Assembly: GCA_965200245.1 (NCBI GenBank)
Contig: CBDATS010000008.1
Coordinates: 224,001-288,000, forward strand
Direction: 5' to 3'
Length of the DNA stretch: 64,000 nt
Source of the DNA: a bacterium
GTDB taxonomy: Bacteria > UBA8248
Part shown: positions 31,148-41,081 of the stretch, one piece after another
Layout of the letters: the number at the start of each line of letters is the position of its first letter
How positions within the stretch are numbered: the stretch's first letter is position 1
Position numbers and translations under genes: made by a program
The notes under the pieces: generated by a model
What the model was told of the DNA's origin: nothing
What the model saw: only the letters and a program-made list of their open reading frames with translations
Database searches by the model: none

Positions 31148-31290
31148 TCCTCGCCTCCCGCCGTCAACCGCGCCATGGCCGGCGCGGTTGAGGTTTGTAA
31201 ATCGCTATCTGCGCAGAAATGATGAATTCACGCACAATATATCACTTTTCAGGTGGTGGGGCGAAAGGAGCTATGCCGAAAATGTGCGCA

Positions 31291-31974
31291 TCAAGCGTCG
31301 CGCACATGCGCGTAATAACGGGCGAGACGATCGGCGGAAACGCCCAGTGCAAAAAGGATACTCAGTCCCCACCAGATCGTGAGGCACTTGGGCTTGCCCC
31401 AGACGTCGATGCGCCGCCCGCTGGTGACGACCGGCGTCTTGATGACGGCCAACCGCCCGAAAGCCCTCATTCTCCGGCTCAGGTCCGAGTCCTCGAACAG
31501 GGGCATGTCGGCGTAGCCGCCCATGCGATCGAAAACGTCGTGCCGGATGAAGATGCACTGATCGCCTAAGAAGAGTTTTGCCATCTTTGCGCGCGTGTTG
31601 GCGCTGAAGCTGATAAAGCGGCTGAAGCGGTCTTCGCGATCAAAACTGTGGAGAAAGCCCCCGCCCGCCACGTCGCCCGCGTACATGATGTCCTCGATAT
31701 CCCGCAAGGCCCCCGGCGGCAGGAGAGTGTCGCAGTGAAGAAACAGGATTGTCTCCCCCTCCGCGTGTGCAGCACCGGCATTCATCTGGCGCGCGCGGCC
31801 GGGCTCGGATTCGACGATGAGAGCACGCCCTTCCGCCATGGCATGGGTATCGTCCGTGCTTCCCCCGTCTGCGAGGATGATCTGCTTGTCCCCCGGTTGG
31901 GCGTCGAGCATCTCGAACATACCCGGCAGGCGCGGTGCTTCGTTCAGAACTGGCGCGACGATGGAGATCATCAC
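31291..31974 (-). CDS. GT2 glycosyltransferase, TIGR04283-like
   Basis: DGGSTD, GRARQMNAGA, FLHCDT, GDQCIF, FEDSDL, TSGRR. Confidence 0.85.
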   Translation of the reverse strand: MMISIVAPVLNEAPRLPGMFEMLDAQPGDKQIILADGGSTDDTHAMAEGRALIVESEPGRARQMNAGAAHAEGETILFLHCDTLLPPGALRDIEDIMYAGDVAGGGFLHSFDREDRFSRFISFSANTRAKMAKLFLGDQCIFIRHDVFDRMGGYADMPLFEDSDLSRRMRAFGRLAVIKTPVVTSGRRIDVWGKPKCLTIWWGLSILFALGVSADRLARYYAHVRDA

Positions 31975-32080
31975 GGAATCCTTCTTCGGAACCGGTCGTT
32001 CTCAAAAAGGCGTTGGGGCGATACATTCCAAAGACTGTGGTATCATGCCCCGTAGGAAGCCATCCGGTGAACCCTAACCA

Positions 32081-33685
32081 TTGGAACGGCTTATGTCGAT
32101 AGGACGCATTCTTGTTTCCCGATTTCTCCGAGCGCGTGCAGCAGACTACTTGCGCCTGAAGCACCTTGCGATATGCATGGTTCTTTCGGCAGCGGTGCTC
32201 TCGACGAGCCTCGTCTTTTCGCTTTCGGATGATCAGGAAGAGGCCATCGCCCTTCTGTATGAGGTTATGCAGAAAGTGGACGATAGCTATGCACTGACCC
32301 CCGATTTCAGAAAAATGTACATCGCGGGACTGAAGGGCCTCAAGAAAGCGTCCGGCGAGGGACGTTTCGATTTCGAGGAGAAAGCGGGCGGCGAGGTGCT
32401 ACTCAGGGCGGGTGAGAAGGAATTGCTCGTCCGTCTCAGAGGAGACACCGACGGCGGACTGGGCGGGTTCGAGCGCGCCTATCGGTTCGTGGCGGAAAGC
32501 GTCAGGGCTTCGGAGAAGTCGGAGAAGAAAAAAGAAAAGGGTGAACTTGACGTCATGTACGCGACGCTCGCTTCCATGCTGCGTTCTCTTGATCCGTTCA
32601 GCACATTCGTTTCACCCGAGGCCTACAAACAGATGCAGGTGGAGCACACGGGGCGCTACGGCGGGGTAGGCGTCATCATCACGGTGCGGGAGAAGAAACT
32701 CACCATCGTATCGCCGATCGAGGACACGCCGGCCTACCGCGCCGGCCTGAAGTCCGAAGACATTGTTCTGGAAATCGACGGCGCCTCCACAGCGGACATG
32801 CCGCTGTTCGAGGTGGTGCGCCGCATGAGAGGACCTGCGGGCAAGACTGTCGATTTGCTGATTTCACGCGCCGCTTGGTCCCAACCTCGCAAGGTGACGC
32901 TGCACCGCGCCATCATCAGCATACGCAGCGTGAAGACGGAGGTGAAAGAGGGCGGAATCGGTTACCTGCGCGTTACGGCCTTCCATGGCCGCACAACGCA
33001 GGAACTGGATGCAGGGCTCAGCGAGTTGATTCGCAAGAAGGTGCTTGGAATCGTGCTGGACCTGCGTGACAACCCGGGCGGTTTTCTTCGTCAGTCCGTC
33101 CAGGTCTCGGAAAGATTTCTGTCCGATGGAAACATGGTCGTCTTCACTCGGGGGCGGAGGCGAAAAGAGACGGTGTATTTTCGATCTCGCGGCACCGGCG
33201 TCTGGGCGGGCAAGCCCTTGGTCGTATTGATCAACAAGGGCAGTGCGAGCGCGTCCGAGATCGTGGCCGGCGCCCTGCAAGACTTGGGTAGCGCCCTGAT
33301 TATCGGCAGAACCAGCTTCGGCAAGGGTTCGGTTCAGGCCATCATTCCAACGAGGGGCAAGGCGGCGATCAGGCTCACGACAGCGAAATACTACACACCG
33401 CTCGGTCGACTGATTCACGAGAAGGGTATTCAGCCCGACATCGAAGCGGGTCCCCGAGCGCTCACGAAAAATGAGATCCGCGAACGAAGAAAACAGATGA
33501 AGACTTCGCTCTACCAGAAAGAGGAAAAGACGAAAGAGCAGAAAAAAGACCCCGTCCTCGAGCTAGCGGTCACCGCCTTGAAAAACACCCAAAGCGCGGA
33601 CGCGGAGGCGCTTCGCCAGGCGACGCTTATCGCGCAGCGCAAGATGCGAAGCGCCGGGACAGTATCGTCTGCAACCTCCCCCTAG
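32081..33685 (+). CDS. S41 carboxyl-terminal processing protease (CtpA-like)
   Basis: LDPFS, PDZ domain, LDLRDNPGG, SASASEIVAGALQD, SFGKGSVQ. Confidence 0.93.
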   Translation: MERLMSIGRILVSRFLRARAADYLRLKHLAICMVLSAAVLSTSLVFSLSDDQEEAIALLYEVMQKVDDSYALTPDFRKMYIAGLKGLKKASGEGRFDFEEKAGGEVLLRAGEKELLVRLRGDTDGGLGGFERAYRFVAESVRASEKSEKKKEKGELDVMYATLASMLRSLDPFSTFVSPEAYKQMQVEHTGRYGGVGVIITVREKKLTIVSPIEDTPAYRAGLKSEDIVLEIDGASTADMPLFEVVRRMRGPAGKTVDLLISRAAWSQPRKVTLHRAIISIRSVKTEVKEGGIGYLRVTAFHGRTTQELDAGLSELIRKKVLGIVLDLRDNPGGFLRQSVQVSERFLSDGNMVVFTRGRRRKETVYFRSRGTGVWAGKPLVVLINKGSASASEIVAGALQDLGSALIIGRTSFGKGSVQAIIPTRGKAAIRLTTAKYYTPLGRLIHEKGIQPDIEAGPRALTKNEIRERRKQMKTSLYQKEEKTKEQKKDPVLELAVTALKNTQSADAEALRQATLIAQRKMRSAGTVSSATSP

Positions 33686-33746
33686 TCCCGAGTGCGCGGC
33701 ACCTACCACTATTCCGCCGGGATAAAGATTTCGTTGATTTTCCGTG

Positions 33747-34595
33747 TTACGGAGTGAAGGCGAAGATGGTTCCTGCCGCTGCGGCCAGCCCTAGGAACTT
33801 TCGCATAGTTATCTTTTCCGACAGCCGCCAACTGGCCAGGATTGTGGTCACGATAAAACTGAATTGCATGATCGGCGAGACGATGGAGGCTTCTCCTTCC
33901 CTGAGTGCGGCCAGCAGTGAGGTGATGCCGAATATGAAGCAGGTGGCGGTTACGCATCCGTGCGCCCATCCTTTTTTCGAAAACTGCGGCCCTCCCTGCA
34001 CGATGAACGAGTAGATAAAAGCGATGGTGATGAAAAAAACTGCTTGGCTGTGCAGGAACATGATCGGTGCCACCCCACCCGAGACGCCGAGCTTGTAGAT
34101 GAAGCTTACGAGTCCGACAGCCACCATCGCCGCCATTGCCAGGAGGATGGAGGCGAGCTTGTGGGCGGAAAAGCTCCCCCGGTGAAAATCGGAGAACAGG
34201 AAGATGGCGCAGCCAGTAAGGATGAGGCCCACGATTTTGGAGAGTGTGATGGATTCATTCAAAAACCAGATGGCGAGCATGGCGGTGACGACAAAACTCA
34301 TCCGGTAGATAGGTGTGCTCACGCTCGTCTCTCCGAGTTCCACGCTTTTCATGAAGCACCAAAAACCGATGAATATAAAAAAAGCCGCGCCGATTCCGAG
34401 GAAAGAGGCGGGTGTCCAGGCGTAGCTGCCCTCGTATAGTGCCCAGAGCCACGTGATGGGAACGACGATGCTCGACTGCGAAACCGTTATTGTGCCTGGC
34501 AGTATCCGGTTTCTTACCGCACGTCCGTACACGTAGTCCGCCACGCCAATCAGAAACGATGCGAATAGCGCGAGTATGATGAATCTGGGAAGCAA
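33747..34595 (-). CDS. DMT/EamA family transporter
   Basis: Ten hydrophobic helices, LAIWFLNESIT, GEASIVSPI. Confidence 0.85.
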   Translation of the reverse strand: MLPRFIILALFASFLIGVADYVYGRAVRNRILPGTITVSQSSIVVPITWLWALYEGSYAWTPASFLGIGAAFFIFIGFWCFMKSVELGETSVSTPIYRMSFVVTAMLAIWFLNESITLSKIVGLILTGCAIFLFSDFHRGSFSAHKLASILLAMAAMVAVGLVSFIYKLGVSGGVAPIMFLHSQAVFFITIAFIYSFIVQGGPQFSKKGWAHGCVTATCFIFGITSLLAALREGEASIVSPIMQFSFIVTTILASWRLSEKITMRKFLGLAAAAGTIFAFTP

Positions 34596-34846
34596 GTCGA
34601 ATCTCTCCCGGGAAAAATGATGCAGCCTGAAACCGTTCAGGCGTCAGAATCTTTTTCTGTGTACGCGTGTTGTCGGCATATGAAGATTACGCCAAAACAA
34701 GTCTCGATTCATATCGTCAACGCCCGGTCGTTCGTGTGAGCATGCATTCCCGTTCCATCCTTGTGGTTGATTGCCAAGGCGTGCAATTGCAGTTCTGAAC
34801 GGAACGGGGCTGCTGTTTTCCTTAGTTGTATGAACGAAATGCTTCC

Positions 34847-34865
34847 TGTATATTGCAAATATACA
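34847..34865. promoter_or_regulatory. Palindromic operator candidate TGTATATT-GCA-AATATACA
   Basis: Perfect 8-bp inverted repeat in the divergent intergenic region upstream of the Liv-type operon. Confidence 0.55.
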
Positions 34866-35008
34866 TCTCGTCATGCTGCTTGCGTGAACCGCACCGGAAT
34901 TGTTCCGGAGGAGAGATATAGTCTTTCTTCTTTGTACATGCGGAAACGGGCAAGTCCCTGTATCCGCACTCTGAGTCCACGGAATCGGAAGACAGGGAGG
35001 AACACGTA

Positions 35009-36265
35009 ATGGTAACGAGATCGCCGTATGCTCCAAATAGATGGCTCAGCGTTTCTCGTCCGGCGGTGATGGTTGCGGCGTTGTCTTTCGCGCTCGTCGC
35101 CACCTTCGGCTCTACCGCCATTGCCGCCCAGAAAGGTCCCATTAAAATCGGGGTGTTGTCGTTTCTGAGCGGAAAACTGAAACCAATCGGGGACGAGATC
35201 ACCACGGGTATCCAGACGGCCGTGAAGATGCACGGGCCTGTCATGGGCCGATCCATAGAGTTGATCCTGGAAGACAGTCTGGTGAATGCGCAGGTGGCGG
35301 TCACCAAGGCGACCAAGCTCGTCCAGAAAAACCGCGTCACGGCGATACTGGGAACGAGCACGCTGGAAGCCTTGGCGTTATTGCCCGTGGCGAACCGCCT
35401 GCGCGTACCGATTATCACCTCGAACAGCGGCTCGGCCGTCATCACTGGCGAAAAGTGCAACTACTGGGTGTTTCAGACGAACCCCACTCCCCAGATGGCC
35501 GTCGTGGCGATGGACTCGCTCATCAACGATAACCCGAAGTTCAAGACTGCGAAGTGGTTCACAATGGGCCACGACTATCCCTGGAGCCGCCGGGTCGCGC
35601 GTTCGGTCAAGATCGTAAAGGGCGTGAAATACGTTGGCGAGGCGTTCGCGCCGCTGGACACCACGGACTGGGCGCCATTTATTGCCAAGGTCCGCGCTTC
35701 GGGCGCGACGGCGGTAGTCATCCCTGTCACACTGGGCACGCCGCTCGTGCAGTTTATCCAGCAGGCCAACGAGTTCGGCCTGACCAAGCAGGCGACTCTG
35801 GTGGCGCCCATTGGTCTGCCGGACTGGCTCATCGCCAAACTGGGTGAATTATCGACTCATATCGTCTCGGCGGGCGCGTGGAGCGCGTGGCGCCTTGAGG
35901 ACACGGTGCCCACGACCAAGAAGTTCAACGAACTCTACTACAAGATGCACGGTCGCGTAGCAGGCATGCAGGCCATCCAGGCGGGCACGGCGGCCCAACT
36001 TCTGTTCAACGCCATCCAAAAGGCGGGTTCGACGGACGGCAAGGCCATCGTCGCGGCGCTTGAGAAGCTCGATGTAGAGGCTCCTGCGGGAAGGATGCGT
36101 TTCCAGAAAGACGGACGTATGGCGGAGGTCCCTCTGATTCTCGGGAGGATCGAGAAGCTTCAGAAGCCGAAATACGGTGCGAAGTATGCGCAGTCGGTCA
36201 CGGCGCTTCCGGCATCCAGGACACTTGAGCTGGCGAAGAAGCTCGGCTGCAATTTGAAGAAATAG
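35009..36265 (+). CDS. Branched-chain amino acid-type ABC substrate-binding protein
   Basis: Signal peptide, PIKIGVL, DYPWS, DWAPFIAK. Confidence 0.88.
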   Translation: MVTRSPYAPNRWLSVSRPAVMVAALSFALVATFGSTAIAAQKGPIKIGVLSFLSGKLKPIGDEITTGIQTAVKMHGPVMGRSIELILEDSLVNAQVAVTKATKLVQKNRVTAILGTSTLEALALLPVANRLRVPIITSNSGSAVITGEKCNYWVFQTNPTPQMAVVAMDSLINDNPKFKTAKWFTMGHDYPWSRRVARSVKIVKGVKYVGEAFAPLDTTDWAPFIAKVRASGATAVVIPVTLGTPLVQFIQQANEFGLTKQATLVAPIGLPDWLIAKLGELSTHIVSAGAWSAWRLEDTVPTTKKFNELYYKMHGRVAGMQAIQAGTAAQLLFNAIQKAGSTDGKAIVAALEKLDVEAPAGRMRFQKDGRMAEVPLILGRIEKLQKPKYGAKYAQSVTALPASRTLELAKKLGCNLKK

Positions 36266-36273
36266 CCATTGGG

Positions 36274-37140
36274 ATGGATTGGAATTTTTTGTTCGTCAAT
36301 TCACTGAACGGGATCATCTACGGCTCGTTCCTCGCGTTGACGAGTCTCGGCCTGAGCCTGGTGTTCGGCTTGGGCCGGGTCGTCAACTTCGCCCATGGCG
36401 TGCTCTACGCCCTGGGGGGATATTTTTTCATCATCCTTCTGCCGTCGATGGGATGGTGGGCGATGGTGTTCTCCCCCCTTGTGGTCGTGCCCTTGGCCAT
36501 CGCCATGGAATGGCTCATGATTGCCCCCATCCGTAATCGGGATGAAATCTACACCCTGCTCGTGACCTTCGGCCTCTCGTTCATGCTCATAGGCGCAATA
36601 GAGTATCTCTGGGGCACTGAGACTACCCTCATCAAGCCGCCCGTCATCTTTCAGGGCACTGTGGACATCCTCGGCAACCAGTTCCCCGTGTACAGGCTCT
36701 TTGCGTCGGCACTATCGTTGGTAGTGACGGGGCTGGTCTTCGTCTTTATCCAGTTTACGCCGATGGGTCTCCAGATTCGCGCCATCACGGATGACAACGA
36801 GATGGCGGAAGCCATCGGCATCAACACGCGCTGGCTGCTCACGAGTATATTCGGCGGCGCTGCCGGGTTTGCGGCGTTCGCGGGTGCGCTGGGCGCTCCC
36901 ATTTTTTCCGTCGAACCGGAAATGGGGATGGGTATCATCATCGACTCGTTCCTGGCGGTGATCCTGGGTGGCCTCGGCCATCTGCCCGGCACAGCCGTGG
37001 GGGCGTTCATCGTGGCACTGGCGAAATCCATCGGCGGGGGTTACATCGCGGAGTGGGCCATTGCAGTGCTTTTCCTGATCGTGGCCGCGATCATGGTTCT
37101 GCGGCCCAGAGGAGTCTTCGGTCGTGGCCGAATCGCCTGA
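36274..37140 (+). CDS. LivH-type ABC permease
   Basis: LGLSLVFGLGRVVNFAHG, VILGGLG, RPRGVFG. Confidence 0.92.
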   Translation: MDWNFLFVNSLNGIIYGSFLALTSLGLSLVFGLGRVVNFAHGVLYALGGYFFIILLPSMGWWAMVFSPLVVVPLAIAMEWLMIAPIRNRDEIYTLLVTFGLSFMLIGAIEYLWGTETTLIKPPVIFQGTVDILGNQFPVYRLFASALSLVVTGLVFVFIQFTPMGLQIRAITDDNEMAEAIGINTRWLLTSIFGGAAGFAAFAGALGAPIFSVEPEMGMGIIIDSFLAVILGGLGHLPGTAVGAFIVALAKSIGGGYIAEWAIAVLFLIVAAIMVLRPRGVFGRGRIA

Positions 37141-38128
37141 TGCGGGAAACAGGGTGCAAGACATCTCCATGAGCCGCTCGAGGGTGGTCGCGACGAAGGC
37201 GATGCTCGCGGGCTTTGCGTTCTTGCTCCTAGCGGTTCCGTTCCTGAACGCAAGTCCTTTTTTCATCACACTGCTCACCGAAGCCCTGATCTTCGGCATA
37301 TGGGCGATGAGTCTCGATTTACTGGTAGGTTATACGGGCCTTGTCTCGTTTGGCCACGCCGCGAGTTTCGGCTTCGCGACCTACGCCGCGGGGCTTTTCG
37401 CCCAAAACATATCTGCGGACTTTTTTCTCTCGACAATCGTGGCCGTAATCGCCGCTGCAGGAGTGGCGTTTCTCACGGGCCTCGTCGTAACACGTCTCTC
37501 AGGCATCGCCTTCGCCATACTCACCCTGTGCATCTGCCAGGTTTTGTTCCAGATATCCGTGGTGTGGCGCTCGTTCACCGGTGGGCTTGACGGCCTCATC
37601 GGTGTTCCGCTACCCACGCTTTTCGGCCGGGAGGTGGAACCGGGCAAGGAGTTCTATCTCCTCACAGCCGTTACTCTCATCCTCTGCTATCTTCTTTTGA
37701 GGAGGCTGGTGGAGTCTCCCTTCGGGAAAACCCTGCTGGCGATTCGTGCGAACGAAGACAGGGCAGCAGCCATCGGTATCGACGTGAGGCGGCACAAGCT
37801 GGTGATTCTCATCCTCTCCTGGATGGCGGGTGGCGTGGCGGGAACGCTCTTCGTATTCCTGAAGGCGGGCGCAAACCCGATGACGCTCTACTGGGTCGAG
37901 TCGGGCAACATTCTGGCCATCACGATTTTAGGCGGCATCGGGACGCTGTTCGGTCCGATTATCGGCTCGATCGGTTTCATCTTCATACGTGATCAGGTAA
38001 CGACGATGTACCGGGCGTGGCAGTTTTCCTTCGGGCTCGCCTTCGTGCTCGCTGTCTTGTTCATGCCCTCGGGGATCGCAGGGGTCGCCGAGAGAATCTG
38101 GAGACGGATGTGGCCGGCGCGTTCATAG
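37124..38128 (+). CDS. LivM-type ABC permease (start uncertain)
   Basis: GYTGLVSFGHA, SPFGKTLLAIRANE, GGIGTLFGP. Confidence 0.9.
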   Translation: MAESPDAGNRVQDISMSRSRVVATKAMLAGFAFLLLAVPFLNASPFFITLLTEALIFGIWAMSLDLLVGYTGLVSFGHAASFGFATYAAGLFAQNISADFFLSTIVAVIAAAGVAFLTGLVVTRLSGIAFAILTLCICQVLFQISVVWRSFTGGLDGLIGVPLPTLFGREVEPGKEFYLLTAVTLILCYLLLRRLVESPFGKTLLAIRANEDRAAAIGIDVRRHKLVILILSWMAGGVAGTLFVFLKAGANPMTLYWVESGNILAITILGGIGTLFGPIIGSIGFIFIRDQVTTMYRAWQFSFGLAFVLAVLFMPSGIAGVAERIWRRMWPARS

Positions 38129-38868
38129 TAGAGGGCCTTCATAAGTCCTTTGGCGCACTGCACGCCGTGAACGACGTGTCTCTTGAAATAGAGCCTGGTC
38201 AGGTACACTCGCTCATCGGCCCGAACGGCGCGGGCAAGACGACGCTGTTCAACTGTATCACAGGGTTTTCAAGGCCCGACGCCGGAAGGGTGCTTCTCAA
38301 CGGCAGCGACGTCACCCAACTGCCGTCCCACAAGCTGGTGAAGAAGGGTATCGTCCGCACGTTTCAGATCACCCAGGTCTTTGGTGAATTGAGCGCGCGC
38401 GAAAACGTCGAGCTCGCTGCTCGCTCCCGTGAGGGGCTGAATTTCGATTTCTTCCGAAAGGCGAGCGCCTGCCGGGAAGCCTGTGAGGACGCAGAAGAGT
38501 CACTGGAGGTGGTTGGGCTAATCGAAAAGGCCCATCTGCGGCCTGAAGAACTGGGCCACGGGGACAAGCGCGTGCTCGAAGTGGCCATAGGGCTTGCGCT
38601 CAAGCCCGAAGTCTTGTTGCTCGATGAGCCGACGGCGGGCATGTCTCGAACAGAAACCGAACGCATCGCTCGCCTGGTGTGTCAGATTACGGACCGCACG
38701 AGCGTCCTCCTCGTTGAGCACGACACAGAGGTGGTTCTCGCGATTTCGAATACAATCACCGTGATGACGCAGGGGAGGGTGATCGCCCAGGGTCCACCCG
38801 ATCTGGTCAGCAAAGACCCCCAAGTGCAGGATGTCTACCTGGGTGCTATCAAAGTGGAGGAAGATTGA
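38110..38868 (+). CDS. LivG-type ABC ATPase
   Basis: GPNGAGKTT, RTFQ, LLDEPTAG, VEHD. Confidence 0.92.
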   Translation: MAGAFIVEGLHKSFGALHAVNDVSLEIEPGQVHSLIGPNGAGKTTLFNCITGFSRPDAGRVLLNGSDVTQLPSHKLVKKGIVRTFQITQVFGELSARENVELAARSREGLNFDFFRKASACREACEDAEESLEVVGLIEKAHLRPEELGHGDKRVLEVAIGLALKPEVLLLDEPTAGMSRTETERIARLVCQITDRTSVLLVEHDTEVVLAISNTITVMTQGRVIAQGPPDLVSKDPQVQDVYLGAIKVEED

Positions 38869-39599
38869 TGCTTCAGGTTTCCTCCCTTCACGTTCACTAT
38901 GGAACAGCCCATATTCTCCATGGCGTGAACCTGGTAGCGGAGGCCGGTAAAATCGCTTGCCTCATCGGGCGCAATGGCGCGGGCAAGAGCACGACTCTCA
39001 AAGCCATCATGGGCCTTGCACCGACCACTTCAGGCCAAATCCATTTTGAGGATCAGCGAATCGACGTCATGGCGGCCCACCGGATTGCCCGTATGGGAGT
39101 GGCCTACGTGCCCGAGGACAGACGACCTTTCGGTTCTCTGAGTGTGGAAGAGAATATCCGCGTCGCTGCGCAAGCCAGTTCGCACTCGGATGCGAACGGC
39201 GTCAGCAAGGCGTTATCGTTTTTTCCCGTCTTGGAGGAGCGCGCGGGTCAACTGGCGGGAAGCCTTAGTGGCGGCGAGCAACAAATGCTCGTGATCGCAC
39301 GTGCGCTGGTGGCACGGCCACGGCTGATTCTGCTTGATGAGCCGACTGAAGGTCTCGCGCCGAACCTCGTCCGCTCCATCAGAGACGGAATTATGAAGAC
39401 GCGCAGTCACGGCCTCTCCATTCTGCTCGTGGAGCAGAACCTCTCCCTTGCGCTGGAGGTGGGCGATTACTTCTATGTGCTGAGTCGTGGTTTCGTCGCT
39501 TTCGAGGGAACGAGCGAAGAACTGCTTGCACGAGAGGACGTGATCACCGAACATCTGGGGGTCGGCCGCATGAGGGAAGCCCTCCGGTCTCGTAAATGA
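38865..39599 (+). CDS. LivF-type ABC ATPase
   Basis: GRNGAGKST, LSGGEQQML, LDEPTEGLAP, VEQN. Confidence 0.93.
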   Translation: MMLQVSSLHVHYGTAHILHGVNLVAEAGKIACLIGRNGAGKSTTLKAIMGLAPTTSGQIHFEDQRIDVMAAHRIARMGVAYVPEDRRPFGSLSVEENIRVAAQASSHSDANGVSKALSFFPVLEERAGQLAGSLSGGEQQMLVIARALVARPRLILLDEPTEGLAPNLVRSIRDGIMKTRSHGLSILLVEQNLSLALEVGDYFYVLSRGFVAFEGTSEELLAREDVITEHLGVGRMREALRSRK

Positions 39600-40151
39600 G
39601 CCGTTACAACGCAAGCCATCCGGGTCGACAGAAACGAAAAGAGAACACTCAATGCCTGTCTGTGCGCTTAAGGAAAACGCCCTCTCCTTGAAGGAAATCG
39701 CGATGATCGCTCCTTTGGAGGTTTCCGCTAGGAATGATCCAGTTATGCTACGAGGGGCAGAAGTGGCTCATCGTGGTCGAGGACACGGGCCTTGCAGAGG
39801 GATTTTCGCTCGTCGTATTGAAGACGAAGCCTCAAGGCGTTCTCGTACTCAAGGGCATGGCGGCTTTCGGGACATGCCTGAGTCTATCCTGAATCGTGGT
39901 AGGTGAAATCACGGCCCTCAGTTCGCATTGCAGGTCTTTCGCAACAGTGACTCGGGCACTTGAGGAGGGTGTCATCCGCACGTCAGCGATGATTCATAGT
40001 TTCTTCGACTTGCGAAACGCGTATGAGGCTCTTTGAAAGAGCTTGCAAAAAAGGCATAATAAAGTGTTGATCCTGTACTGGGGGTTGTTTTTTTGGTGTA
40101 AATGGAGAATCTACATTACTTGATGGGATGGTGCTCGTTAAGGAGCAAGCG

Positions 40152-41045
40152 ATGAGAGGCCTCATAGGGACGGCCTTGATTTTGTGTTTCCTTTTTTCGG
40201 CATGGAGTATGGAGGCCTCTGCGGCCACACCGGAGACGCCCCGGGTGATAGAAGAAAGACGTATTTCCCGTCTTGTCTCCCATCTCAAGCGGCTAGAGAA
40301 GCCCGAGGACTGGTTGCTGGTCCGCAAGTTTTTCTCCTCGGACGCCAACGTGCAACTCAACGCACTGTCGAACTGCCCCCTCCCTGAAAACGAATGGCCT
40401 TGGTATCTCTCCTCCAGTCATCTCAAGAACTACGCTTTCACGGTGGATTTCATCCCGCTCAACATGGATGCGGACAAACGCCTTGAGACCCTGGTAGTCA
40501 TCCAGTCGGATCACGCCAAGAATCACTACATTACCTTTTGCCTCATGGATGACGACATGAACGCCCGTAAGCCGCTTGCCTCCTACAGCGACTTGAGCCA
40601 GGGGCGGGAGATCACCTACCAGATCGCCGATTTGACGGGAGACGGATCCCATGAATTGATAGTCAATATCCGCGAGAATTCAAACGGCCGCTATTCCGAC
40701 GCCGTACGGGTCATCAAGCCAACCCAAAAGCGTCGTTTCGAACTGGTATGGTTCGCGCACCTTCAAGAGGAGTTGAGGTGGCCGAGAGCGAATTTGAACG
40801 GTGCGGGAACCCGAGTTGTCCAGAGAAGCGAAGATTTGAGTGCAACGGTTCGATTCCGCTTCAACGGGCCGGGCAACCCGGCCACCCTGATCCTCAAGGG
40901 GGTCAGAAAATACGAGGAGCAACTCTTCAACCTCGAAAACGGGCAAGAGAAAAAAGAAGTCTTGGTCGATCGGTTCCCCTTCGAGGAATTTTGGCGCTGG
41001 GATAAGAAGAAGCTGCAATTCGTCCGCGTTTTCGACTCCAGATAA
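40152..41045 (+). CDS. Hypothetical exported protein with FG-GAP-like Ca-binding motifs
   Basis: Signal peptide, NMDADKRLE and DLTGDGSHELIV; AAGGAG RBS. Confidence 0.65.
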   Translation: MRGLIGTALILCFLFSAWSMEASAATPETPRVIEERRISRLVSHLKRLEKPEDWLLVRKFFSSDANVQLNALSNCPLPENEWPWYLSSSHLKNYAFTVDFIPLNMDADKRLETLVVIQSDHAKNHYITFCLMDDDMNARKPLASYSDLSQGREITYQIADLTGDGSHELIVNIRENSNGRYSDAVRVIKPTQKRRFELVWFAHLQEELRWPRANLNGAGTRVVQRSEDLSATVRFRFNGPGNPATLILKGVRKYEEQLFNLENGQEKKEVLVDRFPFEEFWRWDKKKLQFVRVFDSR

Positions 41046-41081
41046 CAGAAAAAGCATATCCGTCTTTCCGGAAAGGTCGTT

